A stretch of DNA of 62,014 nt, filler included, from Choristocarpus tenellus KU-1152 (GCA_964200185.2; 10 parts of 10 records of this genome joined end to end with filler, not necessarily neighbours in it), one strand, 5' to 3'. Numbered from the whole stretch's first letter, positions 25,614 to 39,419 are shown. The notes: generated from the sequence alone by a model not told the origin. Made by a program: numbers and translations.

Positions 25614-26807
25614 TCCAAACATGGTACAGGCGATGGATATTCATCGTTCCTTTCCTATTACTTTCACTTCCTATGCTGGGTGGCATATAAGAACATCTGA
25701 TGGGGAGACCTCCAACTCGTATTATCCAAGTGTGCATAGGTACATATTTGTGGAGGCACCTGAGACGGTTGTATCTGCCTACTCCAGAAGCATGTCATAC
25801 GCCGCTAAGGAGTTCCATGTCAACTCGAGCATGCCTGTCTATTTATCTACTAACAGGTAAGCTATTCTGGTACTGGTTTGACTTCCATAGTTCAGCCCAC
25901 AGTTGAACTTGAGCCTTTTTCTTTGTGAGGCTGGTTTGCATTTCCAGTTTGGCGCTGGGAAATTTACAGTTTGTGTACTAAATAGTATGCTTGAGGTACT
26001 TGCTTGTTTGCGTTTTGTGTGAGGAGGAATCGTCCAGACTTGTTAGATGGTTCAACCATCAACACGAATCCTTAGCTGATCAAAGGTAGAGTTATGACAC
26101 CTGTCATGATGTTCTAGAAGTTTCTGCGTTTTTCCGGTTTGGGAGCAGACAGAATTGGACAGTTCCACAACGTCGTTTTGATTACCACGTGCACCATTAG
26201 AAATTGATTTGAATGAAGAGCAAGTCCGTTTATTGCTGTGAAGATGCTTGTACATTGTTCAAACGAAACTGGTAGTAAACAAGTTGGTCTACAAAGACCC
26301 TCCTGACATCCTTTTGTGTGATCTCACCTACTGTGTTTCACTTTAGTAGGTACCACTGTGCTTTGTCCCATTCATTTTATTGACGAAGTGGGATACACTT
26401 TGTCAAGAAGTATGATTTTATTACCGAGGGACTTCTGCAAAGAATTTCAACACACCTTGCACCAAGTCCACATTTCGCTTCTTTCTCCCCTCTCCTGCAG
26501 TCAAGAAATGAAGAAAGCCAGCATGAACCAGCCATGGAATGTGTCATTCGTCGAGCTTCAATTGGCTCCTAGAGACATTCACACAGCATATAGCAGAAAT
26601 AAGAGTAAGGCGGGTGTTAATGCCTTCCTGGACTTTTTTTTCCTGATGGACTCGACACTATTGTTGCGGTGTGGATCGTCTTTCTCAGGCGTGATCGTAA
26701 TTATAAAAAACAATTCTTGTTCTGTTATACCATCAGATGTGGTCGGGTCTGAAGTGATACTTCCAGAGATTTTCGTTTGTGGTCCACCAATGGAGAAAGG
26801 AGGATGA
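25614..26807 (+). CDS. Fucosyltransferase-like glycosyltransferase (NodZ/GT23/O-FucT clan), last two exons
   Basis: Exons 25614-25856 and 26501-26807 (stop), phase-2 compatible. Motifs GWHIRTSD (motif I), VYLSTNS (II) and AFLDFFFLMDS..LRCGSSFS (III) are typical of GDP-fucose transferases. Confidence 0.7.
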
Positions 26808-27040
26808 AAAGGATGTTAAATGAATATTTCCTTGTAAAGTGCTGCAACAAATAGGGGTTGAAAAGTGAGGAATGCCCTTACATTTTGGACTGGTGAATGC
26901 ATTAAATATTATATGATGAAGTGTTACTGGTGTACTATTCTTTTGTTGATGTGAGCGGATGATTTGTTTCACCCCCATCACCTTTTGCTGCCCCGAAGAT
27001 ACAAAATGTCATGGAATCTTATTCTTGATGTGGAGAAATC

Positions 27041-27299
27041 GAGTCAAAGTATCTTAGAGGGTAAAGCTGCGTCCACTTGGCGGCCAAAATCTAATTTTTC
27101 AATTTTTAACTAATTTTGGCTATTGTGTTTATTACGATATGTGAATATCCTTGTTCCGTGCACACCTTTTCATAACCTATACATTTTACCTACTCCAAAA
27201 CATTTTGGAGTAGGTAAAATGTCAATAAATACTGATGGGAATCCAAGCCCTAAATGGACAAACGGGGAATAACTCGTAACCTCTAGAATATTTTCACTC
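27041..27299 (+). mobile_element. MITE family A copy
   Basis: Intact TIRs; 4-bp TSD AATC. Confidence 0.9.
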
Positions 27300-28699
27300 A
27301 ATCATGAGATTATGACCTCTTCCCTCTGCTCTATGAATGTCACACACGTGAAGCCCCTTTCTTAACAAGCACTGGTACTTCAAGAACTCATGTTTAGTCA
27401 TTAAATGTGGTGCTCCTTGATCTCTGCAAGACAGCCACCAGTACTGGTGACACAACTTCATGACCTGTCCAGTGTGCTATGCTCCTCTTCCAAAACTTTG
27501 TAGTGCGTTAAAGTTGACTTACTTAATTTGCTGTTGAAAGTACGACATAGAACCTGTCCAACTGTGAGAGCAATGCATCAATTTTGGATGTCTCAGGTGC
27601 AATCCTTGACCCATTGTTCCTGACCATTAATGACACGTCCTTCTTGGTGCAGGTTTGTTTTAGTGTTTAGGTCATAAAGCACCAAATTAGTACGAAGAAA
27701 AACGGTTAGGGTGATACTGCAGGCACACATATACACACAGGAATTGCTGGGCAAAGCAGACCTCCAATATTGAATGTGTAACTTGATCAATGAAGTCCAT
27801 GCAAGCAATACGAACGAATGGTTTCATACCCACAACACTGTGTGATTGTTTTCCTTTCGAAGGCAGTTCGCCAGGTCTTCAAGTTCTGTTGTGATCCTAG
27901 AAAACAGTTCAAGTTGAATCGTGGTTTAACTATTGTCAAAACCCCGCTGTAAGTGTTCAACGTTTAGTAAGCACAAAAAATAAACGAGGACTTTGATTTA
28001 AATAGCAAATAAGATAAGAACATATATATATATATATCGCAAAAAAATTACTTCCCTACAAGTTCCATACCGCCCACACAAATGCAAAACGTCATTTATT
28101 TTTTGGTGGGGTCTCTGTTAAATCAAAGGGTATTTATTTGATTCTTCCTGATGTGATACAAACCTGCCAGCTCATACTGAATGTTGATTAATCCACTGCA
28201 CTGGTTGTTATTGTCCATTTGTTTATTGTGCATCTTAACCCGTCATCATATCGATAACAGTAGGTAAAATTATAGCATCAGTTGATACACATCACACACT
28301 GTTACATCATAGCAAGCGTCATCAAAGTTATTTTGGACCATGTTCTAAGGTGTTCCTCTGTTAGCTTTTGTTTTCTTATTGTTGTTGTCTGATCTCTCTC
28401 TTCTCGTTCTTTGGCCTTGGCGCCTTTTCTTGCATGGTAGCTTCTGTTCTTCCACGGTTCCTTTCGTTTCTACCCTGTCTTCAAGGATAGGGTCTAAAGG
28501 TTGCCAGCACAAAGTGTGGGCGGCGTTAAACGGGGAAAAGGGCTGCTGTGAGGCAGTGGTCGGGTCTAGGCATCTTTTCTGGGGCCATCCAACCAGAGGG
28601 AGGGGGTATAGGCACTGGTAGAATTTGATCCTGGGATCTACTGGGTGGTAGCTAACCTTCCAAATCTGAGTTGCGGCAATCTGTTTCGGTGTGGTAACT

Positions 28700-29365
28700 T
28701 TACAGTGTTGACATTATTCCTGAGAATGTGGTACCAACTGTTCCTCGAGGTAACATGTGTGCCACCCCTAGGCAAGGTTCATCATTTGAGGGAGAAGTAC
28801 ACTCGAGCTCTGAATCTACTAAAGCACAGAGAGAGCAAGAGGACATTGTGGGATGACCTGGAATTAGGTCTGATGTACCTAAATCCTGCAAACATACACC
28901 ATCTAAGACGGGTCCTCTCGGTCCAGCATAGCTCTTGCGACATGCTACTGACGGATCATTAGGAAAGGAATCGTCGATATCCAAACCTGATATAGTTGGT
29001 GGGGAGAGTCGTGATAGTTCGTCTGGTAGTTCATTCTTCGAACCTGCTCGCCACTTGAGTTCCATGTCATGGTGGCTCAAAATATCTGGGGGGGAGGGGG
29101 TGGCGGCTGTCCATTAGGGGTCAATTTTTCATGTCCCGATTTTTTGGTGATTTGGTTGCATACGCTGGATGGATAATGAAAATACACTTTTCCTGATTTT
29201 TAGTCAAATGGACGCCCTGGTGGAGAGCCCACCTGTGGAGCTTGAGGCTAAGTTCACGACTCTTAAAGAGCCAAGTTAGGGCTGAGCAGTCAGTAATTAA
29301 AGTGAATTTCCGACCCCAAATGTAGGAACGGAAATGTTTTACAGCCCACAGGATAGCCATGCATT
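28700..29365 (-). mobile_element. Ty3/Gypsy LTR-retrotransposon pol relic (RNase H C-terminus and linker), interrupted by a MITE
   Basis: MAILWAVKHFRSYIWGRKFTLITDCSALTWLF...KLHRWAL[MITE]HDMELKWRAGSKNELPDELSRL is the Gypsy RNase H signature. Confidence 0.88.
29074..29222 (+). mobile_element. MITE family B copy lacking its right TIR, nested in the Gypsy relic
   Basis: GGCTCAAAATATCTG(G)n start; body matches 7826-8025 up to GGACGCCCTGGTG. Confidence 0.85.
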
Positions 29366-29929
29366 CTCTCTCTGTACGTGCTCTTCTACTGTCTCTTTTA
29401 GATCATCTATGTTTACAATGTGACCTGTATGACCTCATCGCAAAGCGCGCCCCCTATCTGTCACACACCTTGTTTAATGGAGGAGGCATCATGGAGTACA
29501 ACAGTACAGTTTGGAAAGTAGGATCAATCCTACATGAACATGTTCTACAGTGACTCGATTAGTGGTGGGATCAACATATGTGAGAGTCATCTTCCGAAGG
29601 AGGTATACCTTGAAAGTATCCAACCAATCTGGAAGAAACTTCCACAACATTTGGTTTTGCACTTATATTATTCCAATTCACGGAAGTGATGACATCAACA
29701 ATAATTTAGAACAGTGGTAATCACTCACATCACTCAGTAATATCTGCACAATAAGCAATATACAACGCCAATATAAAAAAAAAATGGTATACCTACCCAC
29801 ACACCCACACTCACACAATAATTTAGAACAGTAGTAATCACTCTCATCACTCACTAATATCTGCACAATAAGCAGCATACAAAGCCAACATAAAAAAATA
29901 TGGCATACATACCTACCCACACACCCACC

Positions 29930-29964
<35 letters not shown>

Positions 29965-30432
29965 GTATTCTCAAACTAAATCCAAAGTGCATGGGGCACA
30001 CATACCTACATTTTCACAACCAACCACTGCAACACCAACAAAAACAACGCAGCCAATCCAACATCTTCGAGACATTTTGCAACTTTACGGTATTGCAANN
30101 NNNNNNNNNNNNNNNNNNNNNNNNNNNNNNNNNNNNNNNNNNTTAATTAATTAANNNNNNNNNNNNNNNNNNNNNNNNNNNNNNNNNNNNNNNNNNNNCC
30201 CCCCCCCCCAGAGACTTTGAGCCTACTACTAATCTTATTGTTCATTACTTAATATCACAAGTCATAACTGAACTGTGCAATAGTGAGGAGCTTCTCCAGC
30301 AGTTACATATTTACAGTATAGATTCTACTCCAATAGACATCAACAAATCAAACAGAACTCTTTTGAGTACCCTTAAGGCATACTTTCTTGATAAGTGAAA
30401 AATAAATAAGGAGCATACTGCAATAGACTCTA

Positions 30433-30709
30433 GATCTAAAGCATTTCAGAGGGTAGGGCTGCATCCGTTCGGGGTCATAAATCCAGTGTTGCGATTTTGA
30501 TGAAATCTTGGCTATCATGTTTGTTGGCAAGTGTCAATATCCTTGCGCTGGACAGACCTTTCATAATTGAGAACATTTTACCTACTCAAAAATGTTTCGG
30601 AGTAACTGCGTTCACAGAAACCGAAAAAAGGGCATGCAAAACCTGTGGGAAGTCAAGCCCCGAACGGACTAACAGGGGTAAACCCTAACCCTCTAAAAAG
30701 CTATAGATC
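30433..30709 (+). mobile_element. MITE family A copy (diverged)
   Basis: Homologous body; degenerate TIRs; 4-bp TSD TCTA. Confidence 0.82.
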
Positions 30710-31696
30710 TCTATTGCCTACTTCAAAATGCTTTGTAGTCATCTTTTTGAACGCAGTGACCCCCTCCTTTTCTTCACAGGGATGGTTTCACCGTCTCTCT
30801 CATTAAACGCACTGCCTGTACTCACCCAGCAGCATACACCCTCAGCAGAAAATTAATGGGATGGTTCGTCCTTGTTGGGTCTCATTGACTTCCCAATGGT
30901 GCAGCCAAGGAACCTAACAGCCTACAATACACATCATTTTGTGGATAATTAACTGCATAGTTTTCCTCCGATATACTTCCATGACTGTGAAGGTATGTTG
31001 TTCAGAGGGCTACTCTTCAGAGTAGATTACTCTTCAGAGTAGATTTAACACAATGGCAAACAAGAACATTGCACACCCCTTTACTGCTACAGAACCCACC
31101 AATGGATCTGTTGGAAACAAGGGTGCACTGAATGCTTTCAAAACAGTTGCAGCTCAACCAATTAACAGCAACCAACAGCTGTGTGGAAGTAGAGAGAGGC
31201 CTGTACAGGTGTCACAAGTGTGTGTCCCATTTGAAACTGGACTACTAAAATGCCAAAAGACGACCCACAAGTTGGGAAAGTGCTCAAACATAGATATTTG
31301 AAGGTATGATCAATCCAAAGGCCATAGAGAGGGATGAGTTGTATACGACCAAGAACTATTGTAAACAGTGGATGTTTAACCAGGCTATCAGAGCTGTGGT
31401 CGCATGTAATGTACTGTGTAAATATGCTTGGTTTGTGCCAGTAAGTGGGCTATGGATCAGTGGCGTGTATAGGAAGATACTCTCAGGTCAGAGAGATCTT
31501 GACCTTACAAGCAAGCCCCGTAAGAATCTAGGCACAGCAGGAAGTACATACCTACACCCTTCATATTCTGCATTGATTCCTCCTTCCTTCTATTAACTTA
31601 TAAATGTTACAGTGAAAACACAAAGCAATTGAAGCGCACATGTACCCTATTTGGCAGAGGTAAATAAGTCATTTTTCGTGTCGTTTTCATGTTCAC

Positions 31697-33722
31697 CTCC
31701 CTCGCAGCAATGTCCTGGATGAACCCCACACTATCTCCATGGTGAGTCTCTGCAGCAATCACCCAGCTCTTAGGAATAGGTAGGCGTCGAGCGTGACTCC
31801 GCTCATCAGGAGAAACCTTACAAGCAATCATGACAAGTACAAGTGGAGGATAGGATCAGATCAAGGGGGAGAAGGTTATCAGAAAGAATGAGAAGGCAAG
31901 GGATTAATCACCATCAGCACCCAATTGACTTGCCTTAACCCAATCTTTGCATGAAATCCCACATCTTCCATTCGTCACTGCTCCATTGCTCATGGTCTGA
32001 GCTTTTCTACAGCTCTCAGTATTGCTTTCGGTCGGAATATACCCAGTCTTCAGAGCTACCTCAACAATGCACCCGACCCAGTGCCATTTTCCCCACCTGA
32101 TGTTTGTCCAGTGTCTCAATCCAAGGCAGGTGCTTGATCACCAGCAAACGATAGTTATTCTCCTCAACCAGGGGGTTTCCAGAGAGGTCTAAATACCTCA
32201 AGTGCCTCAGCAACTTCAGAACACCAAGTGTTTCCTTCTCAGGTGGGGGAGGGGCAAAAACAGTGCACCTTAATATATGGTGAGGGGTGGTCACTAGAAG
32301 AGCAAAAAGGTAACTAAACCTTCATGACAAATAAGGACAACAAGCTATCTCAGGCGCTCTGAAGCACCTTGAGTGTGACGTTCATGGTAGTTAGGTGAGT
32401 TACTTGCTAATAGAATGCTCTCTCCTCTCTTTTCCACTCTAAGTATTGAACTTAGCAAGAGGAAGGTGTGTACCTGCAGACTGCCAAGTCGATTGCCTCC
32501 AACTGTGAGCGTGTTCAAGAATGTGAAGGCAAGCAGAGAGGAACCCTGTGAATCATAGTGAACAAAAAAGAGTTTATGCCAAGATAAACGAAGGTGTGTT
32601 GTCAGGGATGCAAGAAAATTGATTGTGGTGTGCATTGTGTTGCAGTTAGGTGAGGCTCCAATCTGGTGCATGAACGGAATGCTTTCGGCATATTCCTGGT
32701 CATAAAGGAACCTTCTGTGTAGTTCGAAGCATGCCGATACTTTCGTGAAGAAGGTGTGCAGTATTTCCCAGGAAGGGTGTGGCAGGGGGGCTAGACCTTT
32801 TGTCAAGAATGTCACCTTGAGGGTGCTGATCATGTTGTTGTGGACGTAAAAGCACTTCAAGGTGCCATTGAACTCTAACCCAGAGATGGTGGAAAGTCGG
32901 TTGTCGTTAAGCCAGAGTACCTGGCCCGTGAGAAAGGAACTCGGAGTGAGGATTGACTACACGTCAATCTGTCAGCTGAAGTGCATAGTTCACAGGTGGA
33001 TCTTCCTATTTATCTTATTTAAAGGGAAGCCTTCTAGGTCCTCACCGTCTGTGAATGGGCCACATACCCATCCCAGTTGCCAAGTTGGATATCCTGGAAC
33101 AACATTCCCATGTGTGTGCACTATAGCAGTACAACGAGGTCACTCATGAAACGCTCAACCTTGCAATCAAATACATGTTTACCGTCACACTGTCACTTCT
33201 ACAATATCTCGTCCTTTCAATACCCACGCGAGGAATCATCGAACGTCACCTACAGACTGTCTAAATCCCTTTGTGATCGGCGATCGGGGTTGCGCAAAAA
33301 CGTGTGACATGTTGGGTCGTTGTCCGAAGTGCATTTCACCAATAGAGGATGACAAGGTTGTACTGCCACGCTATTGCCAACAACTACTACTTTCGACGTC
33401 AAAACCCACCTCGAGGCTCTGGAAGGCCTCCAGTGTTTCGTCGATAGATGATATCCCCCTGCCTGCCAAGTGCAACTCTGGCAGGTTGCGTACACGTTTT
33501 ATCGCAGAGAGCGAGAGGAAGGAAGGAAGGCAGTAAGGAGGCGAACTATTTGATAGATAGGGAGGAAAATCCCTTCATTTTCCTACAGGAGGAGTACTGC
33601 GCACATGCACTATCGCTCTACGTCACATTGCACCTTGCACCTGTGCAATTTTGAACGTACTTCGCGTTCCCCGTCAACGGATCTTCCTCGCCGTTCCCTC
33701 TCGCCTTTGAAAGAGAGTTCAT
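31697..33722 (-). CDS. LRRC72: LRRC72-like leucine-rich repeat protein (SDS22-type LRRs + LRRcap); 3' end unresolved
   Basis: Exons 33722-33641 (ATG), 33477-33410, 32920-32816, 32545-32474, 32234-32097, 31816-31697, all in phase. Translation includes NAKYVQNCTELHLAGRGI...LEVLWLNDNRL...YVHNNMISTLKGSSL...LDLSGNPLVEENNYRLLVIKHLPWIETLDKHQVSPDER. Confidence 0.8.
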
Positions 33723-34381
33723 TTTGTCGTATTTACGATGCTGTGCTGTGCACTACTCAGTCAGGCCCGAGGTGGGATAGAATACCTAGTATCTTGATGG
33801 GGGGTCACCATTGACAACGCTGGGAGTATTGATTGTGCATTTACAGCCCAATCGCAACAATCATTTTTGTCCCCTTTCATGAAACCTTTGAAATAGAACG
33901 TTTTTTGAACACTATCCTTCACATACTGTTTCAGTCTTCGTCAGTATTCCATTTCTCAATTTCCTCGACATTTCGAACATCTGTCATAGTGTACTACTTC
34001 TACACAAAAGTCCTAAATACATTAGTATACTATAGAGAGAGAGGGATTGTTTAGTAGTAGTGGTACGTGAAGGATAAAAATGATATTATCGTACTTATGA
34101 ATCGTGTGATTCTGTGACAGCGTGGTTCACTCAGGGAAGAAGGGTGGTAAAGAGGGAAGGGTGGTGAAGAGAATCAACAGCCGAAACTGACCAAGACGAA
34201 CCGTAACCGACCCGATGAAACAGGGGATTCGCAAAATTGAGGATGGAGCGGGACTATGAGGATGGTTGTTCTGCGAAAACGNNNNNNNNNNNNNNNNNNN
34301 NNNNNNNNNNNNNNNNNNNNNNNNNTTAATTAATTAANNNNNNNNNNNNNNNNNNNNNNNNNNNNNNNNNNNNNNNNNNNN

Positions 34382-34450
34382 CAAAAATTGCGACATGAAA
34401 AAATTGACCCCAAATGGACAGCCGCCACCCTCCCCCAGATACTTTGAGCC
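34382..34450 (-). mobile_element. MITE family B, partial. Similar TIR ends at 16876-16896, 30199-30223, 47677-47714, 59520-59571 and 21241-21265
   Basis: AAATGGACAGCCGCCACCCTCCCCCAGATACTTTGAGCC end. Confidence 0.8.
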
Positions 34451-34754
34451 TTGAGGAGGTACTTTAATTAGAGAGTTCAGCGGTAAGTCGCTTTGTCAAG
34501 GAATTTGACATCATACTACGTATATGATATACTCGGTTGTAGTTGACGAAGAATTAAACTGCTTCAAGTATTTTTTAAGTACCTCAACGAAACACTGTGG
34601 ATACATTCGTTTGATGTGAGGATATCTAATTGTGCAATGTGGACGATCATTATCTATATGAAGAGATACATTGTTTGCTCCATGTGTACCGTATATGATA
34701 TGTGCTTTCTCATTGGTTTGGGGTCTTTGTTATAATATGTGATGTGAGGTGTAC

Positions 34755-37700
34755 CCCTGACCATAGGTCCTTGAAACTGGTGTTGACGCTTGTTCCCTGG
34801 CTAAAGCTACCTTTCCTGATTCCATTGCTTTCTATTCTTGTTGTTCTTTCATTTTGTTTATTGCTTATTTTGCTTTGTTCTACCTTTGGCCACGGGTCTG
34901 GGATCCCTGATACCAATGATAAGGACGACAAAATTACTTCAATTGTGCCCTTAGAGTCAGACTTTGTGCATACCAGATTGAAGAAAAACCCGTCTGTCCT
35001 GCTTGCTAGACAGTGCAGCTGATTCCAGGCAGCAAAGGTATCGACTGTGCCTTTAGCTGCATTGGTCTCATTCGCTTGCGTTGTCTCAACAAACACCAGT
35101 GACATGCTTGCCAATGATCCTTCGTCCTGTGTGTTTGTGTGTATTGTTCATTGCTTGCTGTTCAGTTGTGGAGATTTCATAGCAGAAGAAAAAATGCATA
35201 AAATATCGGGTGGTTACTTCATGAAGCTTGATCCTCGGATACATAGGTTAAACGTGGTGCCCCCTCCGTTCAGTTACTCCCATTTACTATTTATTGACAC
35301 TGTGGAGCTATCCAGTGACAGAATGAAGCAACTGCCACATGCGCTTTGTGAGGAGTAGTAGGTGGTACGTACTGGTCTCTTGACAACAGAATATCACTAA
35401 TGTTTGCACCTTGCCGTGAAAATGCACGCTGTGGAAGAACATGGGAAATGCAACAGATATAGGCAATACGATGCAAGTTCGCTAGCATATACCCCACGTT
35501 TGAAGTCAGCAGTACCTGAAAGGCCTGAGAGAAGAATTCCTCTGCCTCCTCCATTGAGTCTTGTGCTGCTATTAGCAACAAGTCCATTCCAATTATGACT
35601 ACCTGTATTAAACATTACAAGAAGAGAGAGCAATAGCGTACTTGGCAAAAATGAATTGATGCGGACTTAAAGGAGAATTGATCCTAGGAACTATTGGTTA
35701 AGGGTAAGAATGTGGGTTAAGGGATAGTGCTTACTGTTAGAGGTAAAGATTGAGTTTGGGTGTGGGTTGGGATCAAGGACGGGATTAGGGCTGTCGCACA
35801 GGGGTTCGCGGAATTTAGCTCTACAAATTATAGCTGTAGAAAAGAGTTCACATTAGCCTTTAATCTCACTGGGCCTCATATCTTGGTTCCTATAATGTGA
35901 CTATTTAGGGAGAGGCCCCAAGATCACTTCTGGATGGTCAATGGAGTGGTTTAACGTGGTGGGGTGGAGTGGACCATGTGGGCTTGAGAAGGGAGTATGG
36001 TAATGTAGGGCATATTTCTGAGGGGAGCTTAGGCTGGGTAGGGCGACTCCATTCAGGAAAATTTTGGAAGTGGATTTTTCTTTCGTCTGTGTAGGTCCAC
36101 ATCCTGTGAGGGAAAGGGAACCTCCACGACTACTAGCAATACCACACCAGCACATACATAGAAGAACCACTGGGGGAGGAAACGTGATATGTAGGGTGGA
36201 AGCACAACAAGTGAGTAGCCAGCACCACCATCTAAATGTGGATCAATATAAACATATGGTTGGCAGAAGACCCAAAGTATCTGTGGGGGGGGGGGGGGTC
36301 TACACCACAGTGTCCATTTGGGCTAAAACGAGAAAAAGTGCATTTACATTATCCATCAGACGTATGCAACCAAATCACCCAAAAATCGCGGCATGAAAAA
36401 CTTGACCCCAAATGGACAGCCACCACCCCCCCGCAGATACTTTGAGCCAGAAATGTATTCGGTACTCAGGGTTCTCCACTTTACGATCATTGTATCAATC
36501 AACTATACAAACAAAACAAACCAACTGGGGAGTCGAATTGGCAAAGCAACGCATTTTGTGTTGCATGTATGGGTGCATACCATGTTGGAAGGTGGTGAGA
36601 AAGCTTCCTTCGAAGTATTTGAGCCATATTGAGACAAAGTAAACTGGAAGTACCCAGGTTTTTGTCGTTTTGCATCTTAAGTCTGTTTTGCAATCTTTTG
36701 CAATTCGCTCATACTTCTATGGATGAGGTACTAAGTTTGACTTGGGATCGTTTCTTTCTCTACTGTTTGATTCTCTACCCACACAATTCAGAAAATATCC
36801 TATACACATTTGTAAAAAAGACGGTTTTTTGCACATATTTGTCAACATCCCTAAAATGTAACTCTATCGTTTACTTTGACTCAATAGTATAATAGAGTGG
36901 GTCGATTTAGGTTCTTTTGAGTATAGGGGGCTTGAAAATCTTTAGCCTGACACCCTCTCTCCCATGCCCGAAAAAGTGTTTAATCTCCACCCGTAGACTG
37001 TATAGAAGAAGAGGTAGAAGCTCGTCCCACAAAAGCACGGGATCACCCTCCAGAGCGCTAGGAGCACGTGTGTACCACACACAAGGCAGTCATAGAGGCC
37101 CCTTACACTCAGTGGCACCCCCCTCTAAGATACTATCCCTCATTACATGAACTACTCCAGAGTATGTAGCAGTATAGCTCTTCCACACAATCCTTTCTTC
37201 TTCATGTCAATGGTCAAAGTTACAATGTGGAGAAAGCAACTTGTCCCCCGTACGATTTGTGAAACTAATATGAACAGCTGCCTATTTTTAGACCAGTAGA
37301 CCTAGAAGATAGTTCTGCAAAGGTGTGAAGAACAAAATAGATTGAAGATAAGCATCCAAGGGGGTCAGGATATTGGATTGAAATAGTGTTTGACTGTGTG
37401 GGGAGCAACATGAACCTCTTCAGTGGGGTCGGGATACCAAACCACCACGCTAAGGTCTCTAATCCCTTAAGCCTCGTGTAAGGGTAAACGGAAATACTAC
37501 AATACGAGCTCTATTTCCTCCATCGTACGCTCTATGATCATTACACGTTATTAATGTACTGCTTTATAAGTATTACCCAACTTCTCTACTTGTAACCACG
37601 TCACCTATTTTTTCTTTCTTTAGTGTGACTACATGAGGCCATGTGCATGGTTGTAGATATTGTTACAGGTCATTTGCTTCACCTAGCCGGTCAGGACACC

Positions 37701-38330
37701 AGCATACAATGCTTCTACTGAGGTGGAAAGTTGAAATGGTGTACTACACAGAGTACATAGTATTTAATATTTATAGCACTTAATATTCAATGTATTTCTG
37801 GTCTTACATCGGATCCAACAAAAATTTACCTTGAGCTACTTGACTGAGGCACAAACTTTCACTGATTGCCTAGGATATACTCCAGGATATAGTATTATAT
37901 GATACCCTACATACTACTGCTTGACCTGTACTAGAGCTCGCTTGGTTTTATCTGGCAAATGTCTCTCCAGTCGGACAGTTAACTGGATATGACCGACCAA
38001 GAAACACGTACCTTGGAGCAAGAACGACTGCGAATCCTCATTGCGGTCCAAGCGGCATCGACAAGGAAGCGCCAGCTGTATGCATTCTGACTCCCATAGA
38101 CGTCCTCCTCATGCTTGACCTTCCGTGAATAAAACAGCAGGTTACACGCAAGTATAGTGCTACTCTCAATAGTTCGGGGAGTTCCACAACAAAGTGTTGG
38201 ATCTGTTACTTTGGTACTCCAGGAGGGGATAGGCTAGTATGTACGCCGAACATCCCATCACACCCTCATTTCTCACCAGTTTGATGCCCGACACATCCAT
38301 CGCTGAGACGGGTCGTCCTCGACACAATAC
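34755..38330 (-). CDS. Unknown protein, putative exons
   Basis: Candidate exons 38330-38277, 38119-38012, 35602-~35368 and 35126-34755 have splice signals and open frames. The CpG-rich stretch ~38000-38900 suggests the 5' end. The intermediate structure is unresolved. Confidence 0.4.
36269..36448 (-). mobile_element. MITE family B copy
   Basis: TIRs GACCCAAAGTATCTG / CAGATACTTTGAGCC; 4-bp TSD AGAA. Confidence 0.9.
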
Positions 38331-39419
38331 CTGTACTTTCTTTGAGTTCCCTGGTTGATTGGTGGGTACAATGAGTCCCATGACAGGCTCAGCGACGCCC
38401 AAACTGGCGAGCATGCAGCATTGAGACACTAGGGACTGGGTGTTTTCTGCTGAGTGATTTCGCCAGGGGCACAAAAGCAGACAAAACACAGGGAGGCGGG
38501 ACAACACCCTTTACATGTCAAGTCGTTCCTAAACGCACACACTTAAGATCATAGGGCTCAATTCGCCCAGGGGGAGAAGGGTGCAACGGAGACGAATTGG
38601 AGTAAGAAAACCTACAAGTCGCCGTTTCGGGTCAAACTGCAATGCTTGTTCTTCCCATGTTTGATAGGGTGTGTCGAATATGTCTCCTAGTCATACCACC
38701 ATCGTACCGAGAAACCTCTCCAGCTGCAGACGCACGTCCAACCCTAGTGCTCCGGGACGCCTGCTGTCGACGATGAAGATCATGATACGACCAAGTTGTA
38801 TCGGGCGCAACCTTGTTGTTGTGAGCTTTGCAGGAACAACAGGTAGTACAACAACTCAACGCCCTTCCGTCTCTTCTGCTGCCTGCCTCTCAATTTTGCA
38901 AGGAAAAAATGAGAAGAGGGGGCCTCTGGCCTACAGGTTATGACCCTCCATTACCCATTGTGGACGGTGAGCGAAAAATGGTTCCAATTTCATTTTTTTT
39001 ATCTGGAGGAAAATCACACGAACAAAACACATCATACGTACTACTATGACGTAGTACATGCTGGTAATACTGACTTGTATGATAACATCAAGATAACTCA
39101 TAGGTGAATCCGGTCCAACCCGTTGTGGTCAATATAAATGTCCTTCCTTGCTGCCTTCCTTAGATACTCGATGAGCCTGGCTCTTTAAGTTATTATCGAG
39201 TGAGTGGAGTGTGGAGACTGGTTGACTCGAACTCAAGGTCAGAGGTCGGAGGGAGTCAGGTGGCTAGGGTTGTCCTTGTTATGTATATATATATATAGTT
39301 TACCTAGATAATATTTTCTTCAGGACAGCCAGGCACAAACCCCCACTGGAACAGCCCACCCTTACTACCCTGCAAGGTACAGTCCCTATCCTGCCCCTAT
39401 TTCCGTCTGATGTGCGCTA

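Noticed and set aside
28330-29070. Extra domain (e.g. DNA methyltransferase) carried downstream of the Gypsy RNase H
   Set aside because: No methyltransferase or integrase motifs are visible; only decayed linker sequence is present.
1405-33722. Clustering of ciliary/microtubule genes (EML, LRRC72)
   Set aside because: They are on different contigs joined artificially.
33805-33819. X-box-like GTCACCATTGACAAC upstream of the ciliary gene LRRC72
   Set aside because: Imperfect match, and RFX factors are not expected in stramenopiles.
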